Shown: positions 27,881 through 37,501, numbered from the stretch's first letter. The stretch is 64,000 bases of DNA from an uncultured Conexibacteraceae bacterium (GCA_964540905.1 CAZIOS010000003.1:43148-107147); one strand, 5' to 3'. Notes: a model not told the origin generated them from the sequence alone. Numbers and translations: made by a program.

Positions 27881-28183
27881 ATGGGCCCTGTGCTTGTCCT
27901 ACCGCCCAAGTTGATCGAAGCGATTCCGATCGATGGCTACAAGGTCCATCTGAAGTTTGCCGATGGGCTCGCAGCCGACGTGGATCTCTCCTATCTGGTT
28001 GGACGCGGGGAAGTTTTCGAGCCACTGCGAGACGTCGAGTACTTCCGCAAGCTGGAGGTTGACGACGGCGGTGTCACGATCGAGTGGCCGAACGAAGCCG
28101 ACGTTGCGCCGGAGCGGCTCTACGATCTGGTGCAGGCGGCTGAGTACGAGAAGCGAAAGCTCGCCGGCGCGGGCGGCGTCTAG
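27881..28183 (+). CDS. DUF2442 domain-containing protein
   Basis: IEAIPIDGYKVHLKFADG...GGVTIEWPNEADVAPERLY follows the DUF2442 pattern. Immediately follows DUF4160. ATG 27881 is preferred over the track's TTG 27872. Confidence 0.78.
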   Translation: MGPVLVLPPKLIEAIPIDGYKVHLKFADGLAADVDLSYLVGRGEVFEPLRDVEYFRKLEVDDGGVTIEWPNEADVAPERLYDLVQAAEYEKRKLAGAGGV

Positions 28184-29046
28184 CCCGACGCCGAGATTTT
28201 CTCGGCGTCGACGGTCTTCGCGTCGAGGTCGCGGATCAGCGCCGCGGTCTTGGCGTCGCTCTCCATGCGGCGGTCCAGCAGCGGGTTGATCAGGCCGCGC
28301 AGGGCGGAGACGTAGCGCCACCACTTGGGGACGAAGACGCGCGGGGCGCGTTCCTCGATGCCGCGGACGAGGCCGGCGCCGGCCTCGGCGGGGGTGATCC
28401 GCTTCAGCAGGAAGTCGGGGCTCAGTTCGCTGATCCGGCCGCCGTCCTCCTGGTCGAAGGCGTCCTGGACGAGCTTGGTGTCGACCCAGCCGAAGTAGGC
28501 GACGGTGGCGCTGGCGCCGTGCGGGGCGAGCTCGACCCGCAGCGCCCGGCCCAGCTGCTCGACCCCGGCCTTGGCGACCGCGTAGGGGGAGTTGCCCATG
28601 CCGTTGGCGAAGGCGTAGACGGAGGAGACGACGACGATCTGGCCGCGGCGGGCGACGATCTGCGGCAGCGCCGCGCGGGCCGTGCGCCAGACCCCCAGCA
28701 GGTCGACCTCGAAGACGCGCTCCCACTCCTCGCCGGAGATCCCGCGCGCGGTCGCGAACCGCTTTTGGGCGATGCCGGCGTTGGCGACGGCGACGTCGAG
28801 GCCGCCGAGCTTCTCCACCACCTCAGCGACCGCTGCCATCATCGCCCCCTGATCGGTGACGTCAGCGCCGAGCCCGATCGCCCGCGGCCCGATCCGCTCC
28901 GCCGCCTCGCGGGCCTGCTCGGGGTCGAGGTCGAGGACCGCGACCGAGGCCCCGCGCAGGTGCATCTGCCGGGCCGTCTCGAAGCCGATCCCGCGGCCGG
29001 CGCCGGTGACCAGCGCCACCTTTCCGTTCAGGTCGAAGACGGGCAC
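28180..29046 (-). CDS. SDR-family oxidoreductase
   Basis: TGAGRGIG cofactor motif, NAG, and YAVAKAG catalytic YxxxK. Confidence 0.88.
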   Translation of the reverse strand: MPVFDLNGKVALVTGAGRGIGFETARQMHLRGASVAVLDLDPEQAREAAERIGPRAIGLGADVTDQGAMMAAVAEVVEKLGGLDVAVANAGIAQKRFATARGISGEEWERVFEVDLLGVWRTARAALPQIVARRGQIVVVSSVYAFANGMGNSPYAVAKAGVEQLGRALRVELAPHGASATVAYFGWVDTKLVQDAFDQEDGGRISELSPDFLLKRITPAEAGAGLVRGIEERAPRVFVPKWWRYVSALRGLINPLLDRRMESDAKTAALIRDLDAKTVDAEKISASG

Positions 29047-29084
29047 GCGGCGCGCAGCCTACTCGCTCCTAGAATCACCCGTCC

Positions 29085-32000
29085 ATGCCTGGATTCAGCC
29101 CCGTCGACCCGAAGCAGTCCTTCCCCGAGCTCGAGCGGCGGGTGCTCGAGCGCTGGCGCGCCGCCGACGTCTTCGCCCGCTCGCTGCAGAACCGCGCCGG
29201 GGCCGAGGTCTGGAGCTTCTACGAGGGCCCGCCGACCGCCAACGGCCGGCCCGGCTCCCACCACGTCCTCGCCCGCGTCTTCAAGGACGTCTACCCGCGC
29301 TACAAGACGATGTGCGGCTACCGGGTCCCGCGCAAGGCCGGCTGGGACTGCCACGGCCTGCCGGTCGAGCTCGAGGTCGAAAAGCAGCTCGGGATCGCCT
29401 CCAAGCAGGAGATCGAGGAGTTCGGGATCGCCGAGTTCAACGCCCGCTGCCGCGCCTCGGTCTTCGAGTACGTCGAGGAGTGGAACCGGCTGACCGAGCG
29501 GATCGGCTTCTGGATCGACCTCGACGACCCCTACGTGACGCTCGAGGACGACTACATCGAGTCGGTCTGGTGGTCTCTTCGCAAGCTCTGGGATGACGGG
29601 CGCCTCTACGAGGGTCACAAGGTCGTCCCCTACTGCCCGCGCGACGGCACCCCGCTCTCCTCGCACGAGGTGGCGCTGGGCTACAGGGATGTCGAAGATC
29701 CCTCGATCTACGTGCGCTTCCCGTTGCTCGACGGCGCCGGCGCCGAGTCGGGCGAGTCGCTGCTGGTCTGGACGACGACGCCCTGGACGCTGCCCGGCAA
29801 CGTCGCCGTCGCCGTCGCGCCGGGGGTCCCCTACGTGCGCGCGCGGGTCGACGGCGAGGCGCTGATCCTGGCCGAGCCGCTGCTCGAGAAGGTGCTGGGC
29901 GAGGGGGTGGAGGTGGAGGCCCGTTTCGCCGGCGCCGACCTGATCGGCCGCCGCTACGAGGGCCCGGTCTTCGAGCTCTCCGACGGCGGCCCGGCCAAAG
30001 TCCCGCCCGCGGCCCCCTTCCAGGTCGTCGCCGGCGATTTCGTCACCACCGAGGACGGCACCGGCCTCGTCCACATCGCCCCCGCCTTCGGCGAGGACGA
30101 TTACGCGGTCGCCGCCGCCCACGATCTCTTCGACCCGACCCGGCGGCAGACGCTCTACAACCCGGTCAAGCCCGACGGCCACTTCGACGAGCGGGTGGTC
30201 GGCTTCGAGGATCGCTTCGTCAAGGACCCCGAGGTCAGCCGCGGGCTGATCGCCGACCTCGAGCGCCGCGGCCGGCTCTTCCGCGAGCAGACCTACGAGC
30301 ACTCCTACCCGCACTGCTGGCGCTGCGGCACCCCCCTTATCTACTACGCGACGACGAGCTGGTACATCGCCACCTCCGAGGTCAAGGAGCAGATGCTCGC
30401 CAACAACGAGACGATCGGCTGGCACCCCGAGCACGTCAAGCACGGCCGCTTCGGCAAATGGCTGGAGAACAACGTCGACTGGGCGCTCTCGCGCGACCGC
30501 TACTGGGGCACGCCGCTGCCGGTCTGGCGCTGCTCGGATCGCCGCTGCGGCGAGCTCGAGTGCATCGGCTCGGTCGCCGAGCTGCGCGACCGCTCCGGCG
30601 GCACGGTCCCCGACGACCTCCACCGCCCCTACATCGACGCGGTGACGATCGAGTGCGGCAGGTGCGGCGGCGAGATGCGCCGGGTCGAGTCGGTGATCGA
30701 CACCTGGTACGACAGCGGCGCGATGCCCTTCGCCCAGTTCCACTACCCGTTCGAGAACGAGGCCGAGTTCAAAGAACGCTTCCCAGCCGACTTCATCTGC
30801 GAGGCGATCGACCAGACCCGCGGCTGGTTCTACACGCTGCTGGCCGAGTCGACCCTGCTTTTCGACACCTCCAGCTACAAGAACTGCGTCTGCCTCGGCC
30901 TCATCCTCGACCCCGAGGGCCAGAAGATGTCGAAGAGCCGCGGCAACGTCGTCGACCCCTGGGACGTCCTCGACAGCCACGGCGCCGACGCCTTCCGCTG
31001 GTACTACCTGACCGCCCAGCAGCCCTGGTCGGGCTACCGCTTCTCGGTCGAGACCGTCGGCGAGTCGGTGCGCCAGTTCCTGCTCACCCTCTGGAACACC
31101 TACTCGTTCTGGGTGCTGTACGCCAATGCGGAGGACCTCGGCCCGGACGACTTCGGCGCCGCTCCCGAGCCCGCCAACGACCTCGACCGCTGGGCGCTGT
31201 CCCGCCTGCAGGCGACCGCATCGACCGTGCGCGAGCGGATGGACGCCTTCGACTGCACCGCCGCCGGACGGGCGATCGCCGCCTACGTCGAGGAGCTCTC
31301 CAACTGGTACGTGCGGCTCTCGCGGCGGCGCTTCTGGGACGGCGACCGCGCCGCCTTCGCGACCCTGCGCCACTGCCTGTTGGAGACGGTGGCGATGCTG
31401 GCCCCCTTCATCCCCTTCCTCGCCGACGAGATCCACCTCAACCTCGCCGCCGGTGCCGCCGAGACGGCCGACTCGGTTCACCTGCGCGATTACCCGCGGG
31501 TCGACGCAGCACTTCGCGACCCCGAGCTGGAGGACGGGATGGAGGCGGTGCGGCTGACGGTCGAACTGGGCCGCGCCGCCCGCGCCCAGGCGAAGGCGAA
31601 GGTGCGCCAGCCGCTGCGCCGGGCGGTGATCGTCGCCAACGAGGCCGAGCGGGCGGCGATCGAGGCCCGGGCCGAGCTCGTCACCGCCGAGCTCAACGTC
31701 AAGGAGCTCGACTTCGTCAGCGAGCAGGGCGAGTTGGTCAGCTACACGGCGAAGCCCAACTACCGCGCCCTCGGACCCCGCTTCGGCAAGTGGATGCCGC
31801 AGGTCGCCGCCGCGGTCGCGGCGCTCGATCCCGCCCACGTCGCCGCCGCGCTCGCCGAGGGCGGCGAGGTCGGGATCGCGATCGACGGCGTCGACCACAC
31901 GCTTGGCCCCGACGACATCACCCTCGCCCTGCAGCCGCTCGAGGGCTACGAGGTCGAGGCCGAGGCCGGCCACGCGGTCGCCCTCCAGCTCGAGCTCGAC

Positions 32001-32258
32001 GACGAGCTGCGCCGGGAGGGCCTCGCCCGCGAGATCGTCCACGCCGTCCAGAACGCCCGCAAAGAGGCCGGCCTCGAGATCACCGACCGGATCGAACTCA
32101 GCCTCGGCGGCGACGCCGACCTGCTCGCCGCCGCCCGCGCCCACGAGGCCTACCTAGCCAACGAGGTCCTCGCCGCCGCGGTCGGCTACGACGCCGTCGA
32201 GGGCGCCAGCGCCAAGATCGACGGCGCCGAGCTGATCATCTCCGTCACCCGCGCCTGA
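29085..32258 (+). CDS. ileS: isoleucine--tRNA ligase (type 2)
   Basis: 1057 aa. HIGH-like GRPGSHHVLAR, KMSKS (QKMSKSRGN), WTTTPWTLPGN editing domain. Confidence 0.97.
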   Translation: MPGFSPVDPKQSFPELERRVLERWRAADVFARSLQNRAGAEVWSFYEGPPTANGRPGSHHVLARVFKDVYPRYKTMCGYRVPRKAGWDCHGLPVELEVEKQLGIASKQEIEEFGIAEFNARCRASVFEYVEEWNRLTERIGFWIDLDDPYVTLEDDYIESVWWSLRKLWDDGRLYEGHKVVPYCPRDGTPLSSHEVALGYRDVEDPSIYVRFPLLDGAGAESGESLLVWTTTPWTLPGNVAVAVAPGVPYVRARVDGEALILAEPLLEKVLGEGVEVEARFAGADLIGRRYEGPVFELSDGGPAKVPPAAPFQVVAGDFVTTEDGTGLVHIAPAFGEDDYAVAAAHDLFDPTRRQTLYNPVKPDGHFDERVVGFEDRFVKDPEVSRGLIADLERRGRLFREQTYEHSYPHCWRCGTPLIYYATTSWYIATSEVKEQMLANNETIGWHPEHVKHGRFGKWLENNVDWALSRDRYWGTPLPVWRCSDRRCGELECIGSVAELRDRSGGTVPDDLHRPYIDAVTIECGRCGGEMRRVESVIDTWYDSGAMPFAQFHYPFENEAEFKERFPADFICEAIDQTRGWFYTLLAESTLLFDTSSYKNCVCLGLILDPEGQKMSKSRGNVVDPWDVLDSHGADAFRWYYLTAQQPWSGYRFSVETVGESVRQFLLTLWNTYSFWVLYANAEDLGPDDFGAAPEPANDLDRWALSRLQATASTVRERMDAFDCTAAGRAIAAYVEELSNWYVRLSRRRFWDGDRAAFATLRHCLLETVAMLAPFIPFLADEIHLNLAAGAAETADSVHLRDYPRVDAALRDPELEDGMEAVRLTVELGRAARAQAKAKVRQPLRRAVIVANEAERAAIEARAELVTAELNVKELDFVSEQGELVSYTAKPNYRALGPRFGKWMPQVAAAVAALDPAHVAAALAEGGEVGIAIDGVDHTLGPDDITLALQPLEGYEVEAEAGHAVALQLELDDELRREGLAREIVHAVQNARKEAGLEITDRIELSLGGDADLLAAARAHEAYLANEVLAAAVGYDAVEGASAKIDGAELIISVTRA

Positions 32259-32350
32259 GGCTGACTCGGGCAGAGGTGGAAAGCTTGATTTCCAATCCGG
32301 CCCTTGTGGACAGAGATCCGGAGGGCCGCCCACGCTATCAGGAGGCACCC

Positions 32351-32641
32351 ATGAGAGCCGACTACGACAGTGAGGCCGATGCCGTTTCCATCGATCTGAT
32401 CGAGGTCGACCGCTGGGACGATGGCGAAGGAGTCGACGAGGACTTCTGCAACGTCTCCTTCTCGAAGGGTCGCGTCGCGAACGTCGCCCTACTCAATCCC
32501 CGCGATCACCTTCGACTGCTCGAAGCGGCGGCGGAGCAGTTCGACCTCGACGCCGTCGCTCTCCTGGCTGCTGCTCAGGCAGCACTTGCCGCCCCCGACC
32601 GGGTCGTCAGCGTCGAGGTCGGGGCCCCGGCGCTGGCCTGA
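32351..32641 (+). CDS. DUF2283 domain-containing protein (antitoxin-like)
   Basis: MRADYDSEADAVSIDLIEV fits the DUF2283 N-terminal pattern (YD.EADALYI.L). GGAGG lies 6 nt upstream. The frame stays open upstream to about 32261, so an extension is possible. Confidence 0.65.
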   Translation: MRADYDSEADAVSIDLIEVDRWDDGEGVDEDFCNVSFSKGRVANVALLNPRDHLRLLEAAAEQFDLDAVALLAAAQAALAAPDRVVSVEVGAPALA

Positions 32642-32660
32642 CGAAGCGGCCGAATCGGCG

Positions 32661-32840
32661 TCAGTCACCGGCTGGCTCGCCGATGATGAAGTCGGTCTTC
32701 GCCGAGTCGGAGAACTTCACCCAGCAATGCTCGGGCGGGGCGCCGGCCACCTCGACCAGCGCCTGCTCGATCCGCTTGGCGATCTCCGCCTTCTGCTCGT
32801 AGGTCCGGCCCTCGAACCAGTGGACGTGAACGAACGGCAT
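32661..32840 (-). CDS. 4-oxalocrotonate tautomerase family protein (59 aa; below ORF-track cutoff)
   Basis: Hand translation: MPFVHVHWFEGRTYEQKAEIAKRIEQALVEVAGAPPEHCWVKFSDSAKTDFIIGEPAGD. Pro-1 followed by the beta-alpha-beta pattern of the 4-OT family. High GC3. Confidence 0.75.
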   Translation of the reverse strand: MPFVHVHWFEGRTYEQKAEIAKRIEQALVEVAGAPPEHCWVKFSDSAKTDFIIGEPAGD

Positions 32841-32862
32841 GGCTTGGAAGGGGCCGCCGCCC

Positions 32863-33189
32863 TCAGGCGAGCGCCGGCTCCAGCTCGGCCTCGAGGCGCC
32901 GCTTCGGCATCGCCCCGACGACTTTCTTGGCGATCGCCCCGTCCTTGAAGAGGATCATCGTCGGGATCGAGAGCACCTCGTACTGCGCTGCGGTCTGCTG
33001 GTTCTCGTCGACGTTGATGCTGACGATCTTGAGGTCCTCGCGCTCGCCGTCGATCTCCTCGAGGACCGGGTGCACGACGCGGCACGGCCCACACCAGGGA
33101 GCCCAGAAGTCGACCAGCACGGGGCCGTCGGCATCGATCACGTCGGCTTTGAAGGTGGCGTCGGTTACGTCGGTCAATTTCCCAGTCAC
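32863..33189 (-). CDS. trxA: thioredoxin
   Basis: WCGPC active site. 108 aa. Confidence 0.95.
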   Translation of the reverse strand: MTGKLTDVTDATFKADVIDADGPVLVDFWAPWCGPCRVVHPVLEEIDGEREDLKIVSINVDENQQTAAQYEVLSIPTMILFKDGAIAKKVVGAMPKRRLEAELEPALA

Positions 33190-33231
33190 TGGATATCGAT
33201 CTCCCGGAATCGAGGTTCGTAGGCCAATACT

Positions 33232-33966
33232 TCAGAAAGTATAGCGCCGGGGTCCAAGCCGCAAAAGGGGCACCCGCCAGACCGCCTCGACGACGATCGC
33301 GCGGTCCATCTTCGAGGATCCGGCGCGGCGGTCGCGGAAGACGATCGGCACCTCCACCACCTTGAAGCCGCGGCGCAGCGCCCGGTAGGTCATCTCGACC
33401 TGGAAGGCGTAGCCGCGGGCCCCGATCGTGTCGAGGTCGATCGCCTCCAGGACCTCGCGGCGGAAGCACTTGAAGCCGCCGGTGAGGTCGCGCACCTCGA
33501 CCCCCAGCACCAGCCGCGCGTAGGCGCTGCCGCCGCGGCTGATCGCCCGCCGCAGCGGCCCCCAGTCGCCGACGCCGCCGCCCGGCACGTAGCGCGAGCC
33601 CAGCACCAGGTCGGCCCGCTGCGCCGCCTCCAGCAGCCGCGGCAGGTAGGCCGGGTCGTGCGAGAAGTCGGAGTCCATCTCCAGCACCAGCCCGGCGCCG
33701 CCCTCGAGGGCGCGGCGGAAGCCGGCGACGTAGGCGGGGCCGAGGCCTTCCTTGCGGGGGCGGTGGAGGACCTCGACGCTCGACCGCTCGGCCGCCAGCC
33801 GGTCGGCCAGGCGCCCGCTCCCGTCGGGCGAGTTGTCGTCGACGATCAGGACCCGCGCCGAGGCCGGCAGCTTCGCCAGCACGGCATCGACGAAGGCCTC
33901 GATGTTCTCCGCCTCGTTGTAGGTCGGCAGGACCAGCCAGGCGGGGCCGGGATTGGACTTGGGCAT
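33232..33966 (-). CDS. polyprenol-phosphate mannosyltransferase (GT2, Ppm1/DPM1-like)
   Basis: LVLPTYNEAENI, IVDDNSPDGS, EMDSDFSHDP. Trimmed from the 970-aa track ORF to ATG 33966. Confidence 0.88.
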   Translation of the reverse strand: MPKSNPGPAWLVLPTYNEAENIEAFVDAVLAKLPASARVLIVDDNSPDGSGRLADRLAAERSSVEVLHRPRKEGLGPAYVAGFRRALEGGAGLVLEMDSDFSHDPAYLPRLLEAAQRADLVLGSRYVPGGGVGDWGPLRRAISRGGSAYARLVLGVEVRDLTGGFKCFRREVLEAIDLDTIGARGYAFQVEMTYRALRRGFKVVEVPIVFRDRRAGSSKMDRAIVVEAVWRVPLLRLGPRRYTF

Positions 33967-34038
33967 CGGGCGCGATGCTATTGGCGATCCGAAATTCCGG
34001 CTAAAGACCGCGGCGGCCGCGACGGCTAACTTCCAGAG

Positions 34039-35763
34039 ATGACCAACGCCGAGATCGCCGCCGCGCTGGAAGAGCTGGGCGTGCTCTACGAGCTCGACGG
34101 CGCGGTCAAATACCGCGTGCTGGCCTACGGCACCGCCGCCAAGGCGATCCGCGAGAGCCCGGTCTCGGTCGCCGAGCTGGCGCGGGAGGGCCGCGCGACC
34201 GAGATCCCCGGCGTCGGCAAGACGCTGGCGGAGAAGATCGCCGCCCTGCTGGAGACCGGCGAGATTCCCGCCGCGGCGAAGCTGAAGGCGAAGTTCCCGC
34301 CGACCCTGATCGAGGTGACGCGGGTGCCCGGGGTCGGCGCCAAAACCGCGCGGCGGCTGCACGAGGAGCTCGGCGTCGCCTCGATCGAGGACCTCAGGGC
34401 CGCCGCCGAGGGAGAGCGCATCCGCGACCTCAAAGGCCTCGGCCCGAAAGCGGAGACGAACGTGCTGGCGGCGCTGGAGCGGCTCGGCGAGCCCGGCGAG
34501 GGGCCGGGCCGGCTGCTGCTCTCGATGGTGCGGCCGATCGCCGAGGAACTGGCGGCGGCCCTGCGCCAGCACCCGGGCGCCGACCGGGTCGAGGTCGCCG
34601 GCTCGGTCCGGCGCTGGGCCGAGACCTGCAAGGACATCGACCTGATCGCCACCGCCGAGCAGCCGGCGGCGCTGGCCGAGCACCTCGCCGGCCACCCGCT
34701 GATCGCCGCCGCCGGCAAGCCGGGCCCCAACGGGGTGCGGGCGCAGACCCACAACGGCATCGCGGTCGACCTGCGGATCGTCCCGCCGGCCGCCTTCGGC
34801 AACCTGCTGCAGCACTTCACCGGCTCCCAGGCCCACAACGTGCAGCTGCGCGAAGAGGCGGTGGCGCGCGGGCTCTCGGTCTCCGAGCACGGCATCACCG
34901 ACACCGAGAGCGGCGGGGTGACCCTCTGCGAGAGCGAGCAGGGCGTCTACGAGCGCCTCGGCTACGCCTATATCGAGCCGGAGCTGCGCGAGGGCCGGGG
35001 CGAGCTGAGGGCGGCGCGGGAGGGGGAGCTGCCGGAGCTGATCGAGCTCGGCGACGTCCGCGGCGACCTCCACGCCCACACCACCCTCTCCGACGGCCGC
35101 AACACGCTCGAGGAGATGGCGGCGGCCGGGCGCGAGCGCGGCTACGCCTACATGGCGATCACCGACCACTCCGCCAGCCACGGCTTCGGCGACCACGTCA
35201 CCCCGGAACGGCTTTGGCGGCGGATCGAGGAGATAGCCACCTGGAACAAGGGCAAACGCGGCTTCCGCCTGCTCGCCGGCTCGGAGATCAACATCGGCCT
35301 CGACGGCGGCCTCGACTACCCCGACGACCTGGTCGCGGCGCTGGACTGGGTCGTCGCCTCCGTCCACACCTCGTTCTCGATCTCGGCCGAGGAGATGACC
35401 GCGCGAGTGCTGGCGGCGATCGAGAACCCGCAGGTCAACTGCATCGGCCACCTCAGCGGCCGCCTGATCGGCCGCCGCGAGCCCTACGGGATCGACGTCG
35501 AGGCGGTCGCCGAGGCGGCGGCCCGGACCGGCACGATGCTGGAGATCAACGGCAACCCCAACCGCCGCGACCTCTCCGAGCAGCACGCCCGCCTCGCCCG
35601 CGAAGTCGGGGCGACGATCGTCCTCAACACCGACGCCCACGGCATCGACACCCTCGACAACATGGCTTACGCGGTCGCCACCGCCCGCCGCGCCTGGCTC
35701 GGCGCCGCCGACGTCGCCAACACCCGCGGCTGGCGCGAGTTCTCGAAGCTGCTGCGCTCCTAG
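34039..35763 (+). CDS. polX: DNA polymerase X family protein with C-terminal PHP domain
   Basis: HhH N-terminus (LEELGVLYEL), Pol beta-like NT domain (GSVRRWAETCKDIDL), PHP domain (DLHAHTTLSDG...ITDHS). Confidence 0.92.
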   Translation: MTNAEIAAALEELGVLYELDGAVKYRVLAYGTAAKAIRESPVSVAELAREGRATEIPGVGKTLAEKIAALLETGEIPAAAKLKAKFPPTLIEVTRVPGVGAKTARRLHEELGVASIEDLRAAAEGERIRDLKGLGPKAETNVLAALERLGEPGEGPGRLLLSMVRPIAEELAAALRQHPGADRVEVAGSVRRWAETCKDIDLIATAEQPAALAEHLAGHPLIAAAGKPGPNGVRAQTHNGIAVDLRIVPPAAFGNLLQHFTGSQAHNVQLREEAVARGLSVSEHGITDTESGGVTLCESEQGVYERLGYAYIEPELREGRGELRAAREGELPELIELGDVRGDLHAHTTLSDGRNTLEEMAAAGRERGYAYMAITDHSASHGFGDHVTPERLWRRIEEIATWNKGKRGFRLLAGSEINIGLDGGLDYPDDLVAALDWVVASVHTSFSISAEEMTARVLAAIENPQVNCIGHLSGRLIGRREPYGIDVEAVAEAAARTGTMLEINGNPNRRDLSEQHARLAREVGATIVLNTDAHGIDTLDNMAYAVATARRAWLGAADVANTRGWREFSKLLRS

Positions 35764-36275
35764 GCCCGGCTGAGGCGGTCGCTGCGCAGCCCCGGCGTCC
35801 GGACCAGCTCGACCGGGCGCAGGGCGGAGGTGGGGACGACGTAGAACTTGACGCCGTCGCGGTGCTCGATGCCGAGCACCGCCGCCTCGCGGGTGTGCCA
35901 GGCGAGCGAGACGATCAGCGCGTAGCCGGCGCCGATCACGGCGACGCCGGGGAAGAAGAGGCCGAGGCCGCCGGCGGCGAGGGCGGTGACGCCGATCGGC
36001 CAGAGGCGGCCGATCGCGATCCGCCCCGGCGCCTCGGACGGCAGCGAGGTGGCGGTGCGGGCGCGGGCGAGGACGTCGCGCATGTCGTCGGCGGCGCGGG
36101 CGGGGCGGCCGAGGTAGAAGCCGATCGCCAGCGAGACCAGCCACCAGGCGGCGGCGACGAGGATCGTCGTCGCGCTGCCTTCGCGGTTGGCGCCGATCGC
36201 GGTGATCGCGCCCAGCGCCGTCGCCTCGGCGCCGGTGATGAAGACGGTGACCCGCAGCAGGTCGGTGTAGGGCAT
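35760..36275 (-). CDS. hypothetical integral membrane protein
   Basis: Four predicted TM stretches. ATG 36275 is chosen because it lies 2 nt after the upstream stop. The track start at 36293 would overlap otsB. Confidence 0.55.
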   Translation of the reverse strand: MPYTDLLRVTVFITGAEATALGAITAIGANREGSATTILVAAAWWLVSLAIGFYLGRPARAADDMRDVLARARTATSLPSEAPGRIAIGRLWPIGVTALAAGGLGLFFPGVAVIGAGYALIVSLAWHTREAAVLGIEHRDGVKFYVVPTSALRPVELVRTPGLRSDRLSRA

Positions 36276-36277
36276 CG

Positions 36278-37096
36278 CTAGGCCGCCAGCCACTCGAGGA
36301 TCGCCAGCCAGCCCGCCGGCCCGGACACGGTCAGGTCGGACTCCTCGGCGAGCTCGGCCGGGGCCTCGGGCGAGACGATGCCGACGCTGACGGCGACGCT
36401 CAGCCGGCCCTCCTCGCGCAGCTCGCGCAGGCGGCCGAAGGCGTCGAGGTCGGTGCGGTCGTCGCCGGCGTAGACGGCGCGGTCGAGGTCCTCGCCGGCG
36501 AGCAGCGAGGCGACCGCGGCGTCCTTGCCGCCGCCGCCGACCGGGCGCAGCTCCAGCACCTTGCGCCCCCAGCGCGGTTCGAGCCCGGCCTGCCCGGCCT
36601 CGACGGCGATTTCGTGCGCCCGCGCGGCCGCTGTCGGCTCGTCGCCGGCGCCGCGCCAGTGCAGCGCCTGGATCGGCCCCTTGTCCTCGTGGCGCAGCCC
36701 GGCGGCTGCTAGCGAAGACGCGTCGATGCCGGCGAGGAAGTCGGCGGCCTCGCGCTCGCGCCCGGCCAGCGAGGGGTCGGGCCGCGGCTCCGCGTCCCCC
36801 GGCAGCAGCAGCTCCAGGCCGTGGTTGCCGGCGTAGGCGATGCCGTCGAGCCCGACCAGCCGCCGCGCCTCGGCCGCCTGGCGCCCGGAGACGCAGGCGA
36901 CCAGGCCGAAGCGCTCGCTCAGCGCCGCCAGCGCCCGCCGCGCCGCCGCCGGCACCGCCGCTTCCTCCGCCCGCTCGGCGATCGGCGCCAGGGTGCCGTC
37001 GACGTCGGTCAGGATCGCCGCCCGCTCCGGCTGCGCCCGCAGCGGCTCGAGCAGGGAGGCCCAGGCGCCCTCCCCGGTATCGGATTCGCGAGGCAC
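36278..37096 (-). CDS. otsB: trehalose-phosphatase (HAD-IIB)
   Basis: HAD motif I ILTDVDGTLAPI, then SGRQ, then GDDRTDLDAF. Trimmed to the in-frame GTG 37096 because the upstream part of track ORF 36278..37354 overlaps the divergent gene. Confidence 0.72.
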   Translation of the reverse strand: MPRESDTGEGAWASLLEPLRAQPERAAILTDVDGTLAPIAERAEEAAVPAAARRALAALSERFGLVACVSGRQAAEARRLVGLDGIAYAGNHGLELLLPGDAEPRPDPSLAGREREAADFLAGIDASSLAAAGLRHEDKGPIQALHWRGAGDEPTAAARAHEIAVEAGQAGLEPRWGRKVLELRPVGGGGKDAAVASLLAGEDLDRAVYAGDDRTDLDAFGRLRELREEGRLSVAVSVGIVSPEAPAELAEESDLTVSGPAGWLAILEWLAA

Positions 37097-37114
37097 GGCA
37101 TCTAGTATCGCCCG

Positions 37115-37501
37115 ATGCCGACCCGGTCCGGTCCGATGCCCGCCAACGAGACCCTGAAGCTGGCGGCGATCGGCACCCTGGCGGGCGTCTTCAGCGGTCT
37201 CTTCGGGGTCGGCGGCGGCACCGTGATCGTGCCGCTGCTGATCTTCTGGTTCGGCTACGGCGAGCGCCTCGCGACCGGCACCAGCCTCGCCGCGATCGTC
37301 CTCATCGGCCTGCTCGGGACGCTCGCCGAGGGTGGTCTCTACGGCAACGTCCACGTCCTCACCGGGCTGCTGCTGGCGATCCCGGCGGTCGCCGGCGTGG
37401 TGCTGGGGACGGCGATCCAGCAGCGGATCCCGCAGCGCGCCGTCTCCTACCTCTTCGCCTTGCTGCTGACCGCGATCGCGATCGAGCTGATCCTCAAATG
37501 A
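37115..37501 (+). CDS. TauE/SafE (TSUP) family half-size membrane protein, N-half
   Basis: 128 aa, about 4 TMS, GLFGVGGG motif. ATGA overlap with the next ORF. Confidence 0.75.
   Translation: MPTRSGPMPANETLKLAAIGTLAGVFSGLFGVGGGTVIVPLLIFWFGYGERLATGTSLAAIVLIGLLGTLAEGGLYGNVHVLTGLLLAIPAVAGVVLGTAIQQRIPQRAVSYLFALLLTAIAIELILK

Noticed and set aside
29047-29084. T-box leader upstream of ileS
   Set aside because: Only 38 nt separate the upstream gene's start from the ileS ATG, which is far too short for a T-box. No specifier or T-box sequence was seen.
29028-32144. 1038-aa minus-strand ORF antisense to ileS, and the 727-aa +2 frame ORF 30458..32641
   Set aside because: ileS is unambiguous (HIGH/KMSKS). 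The others are Gly/Arg/Asp-rich shadows. Only the last 96 codons of 30458..32641 (the DUF2283-like gene) look real.
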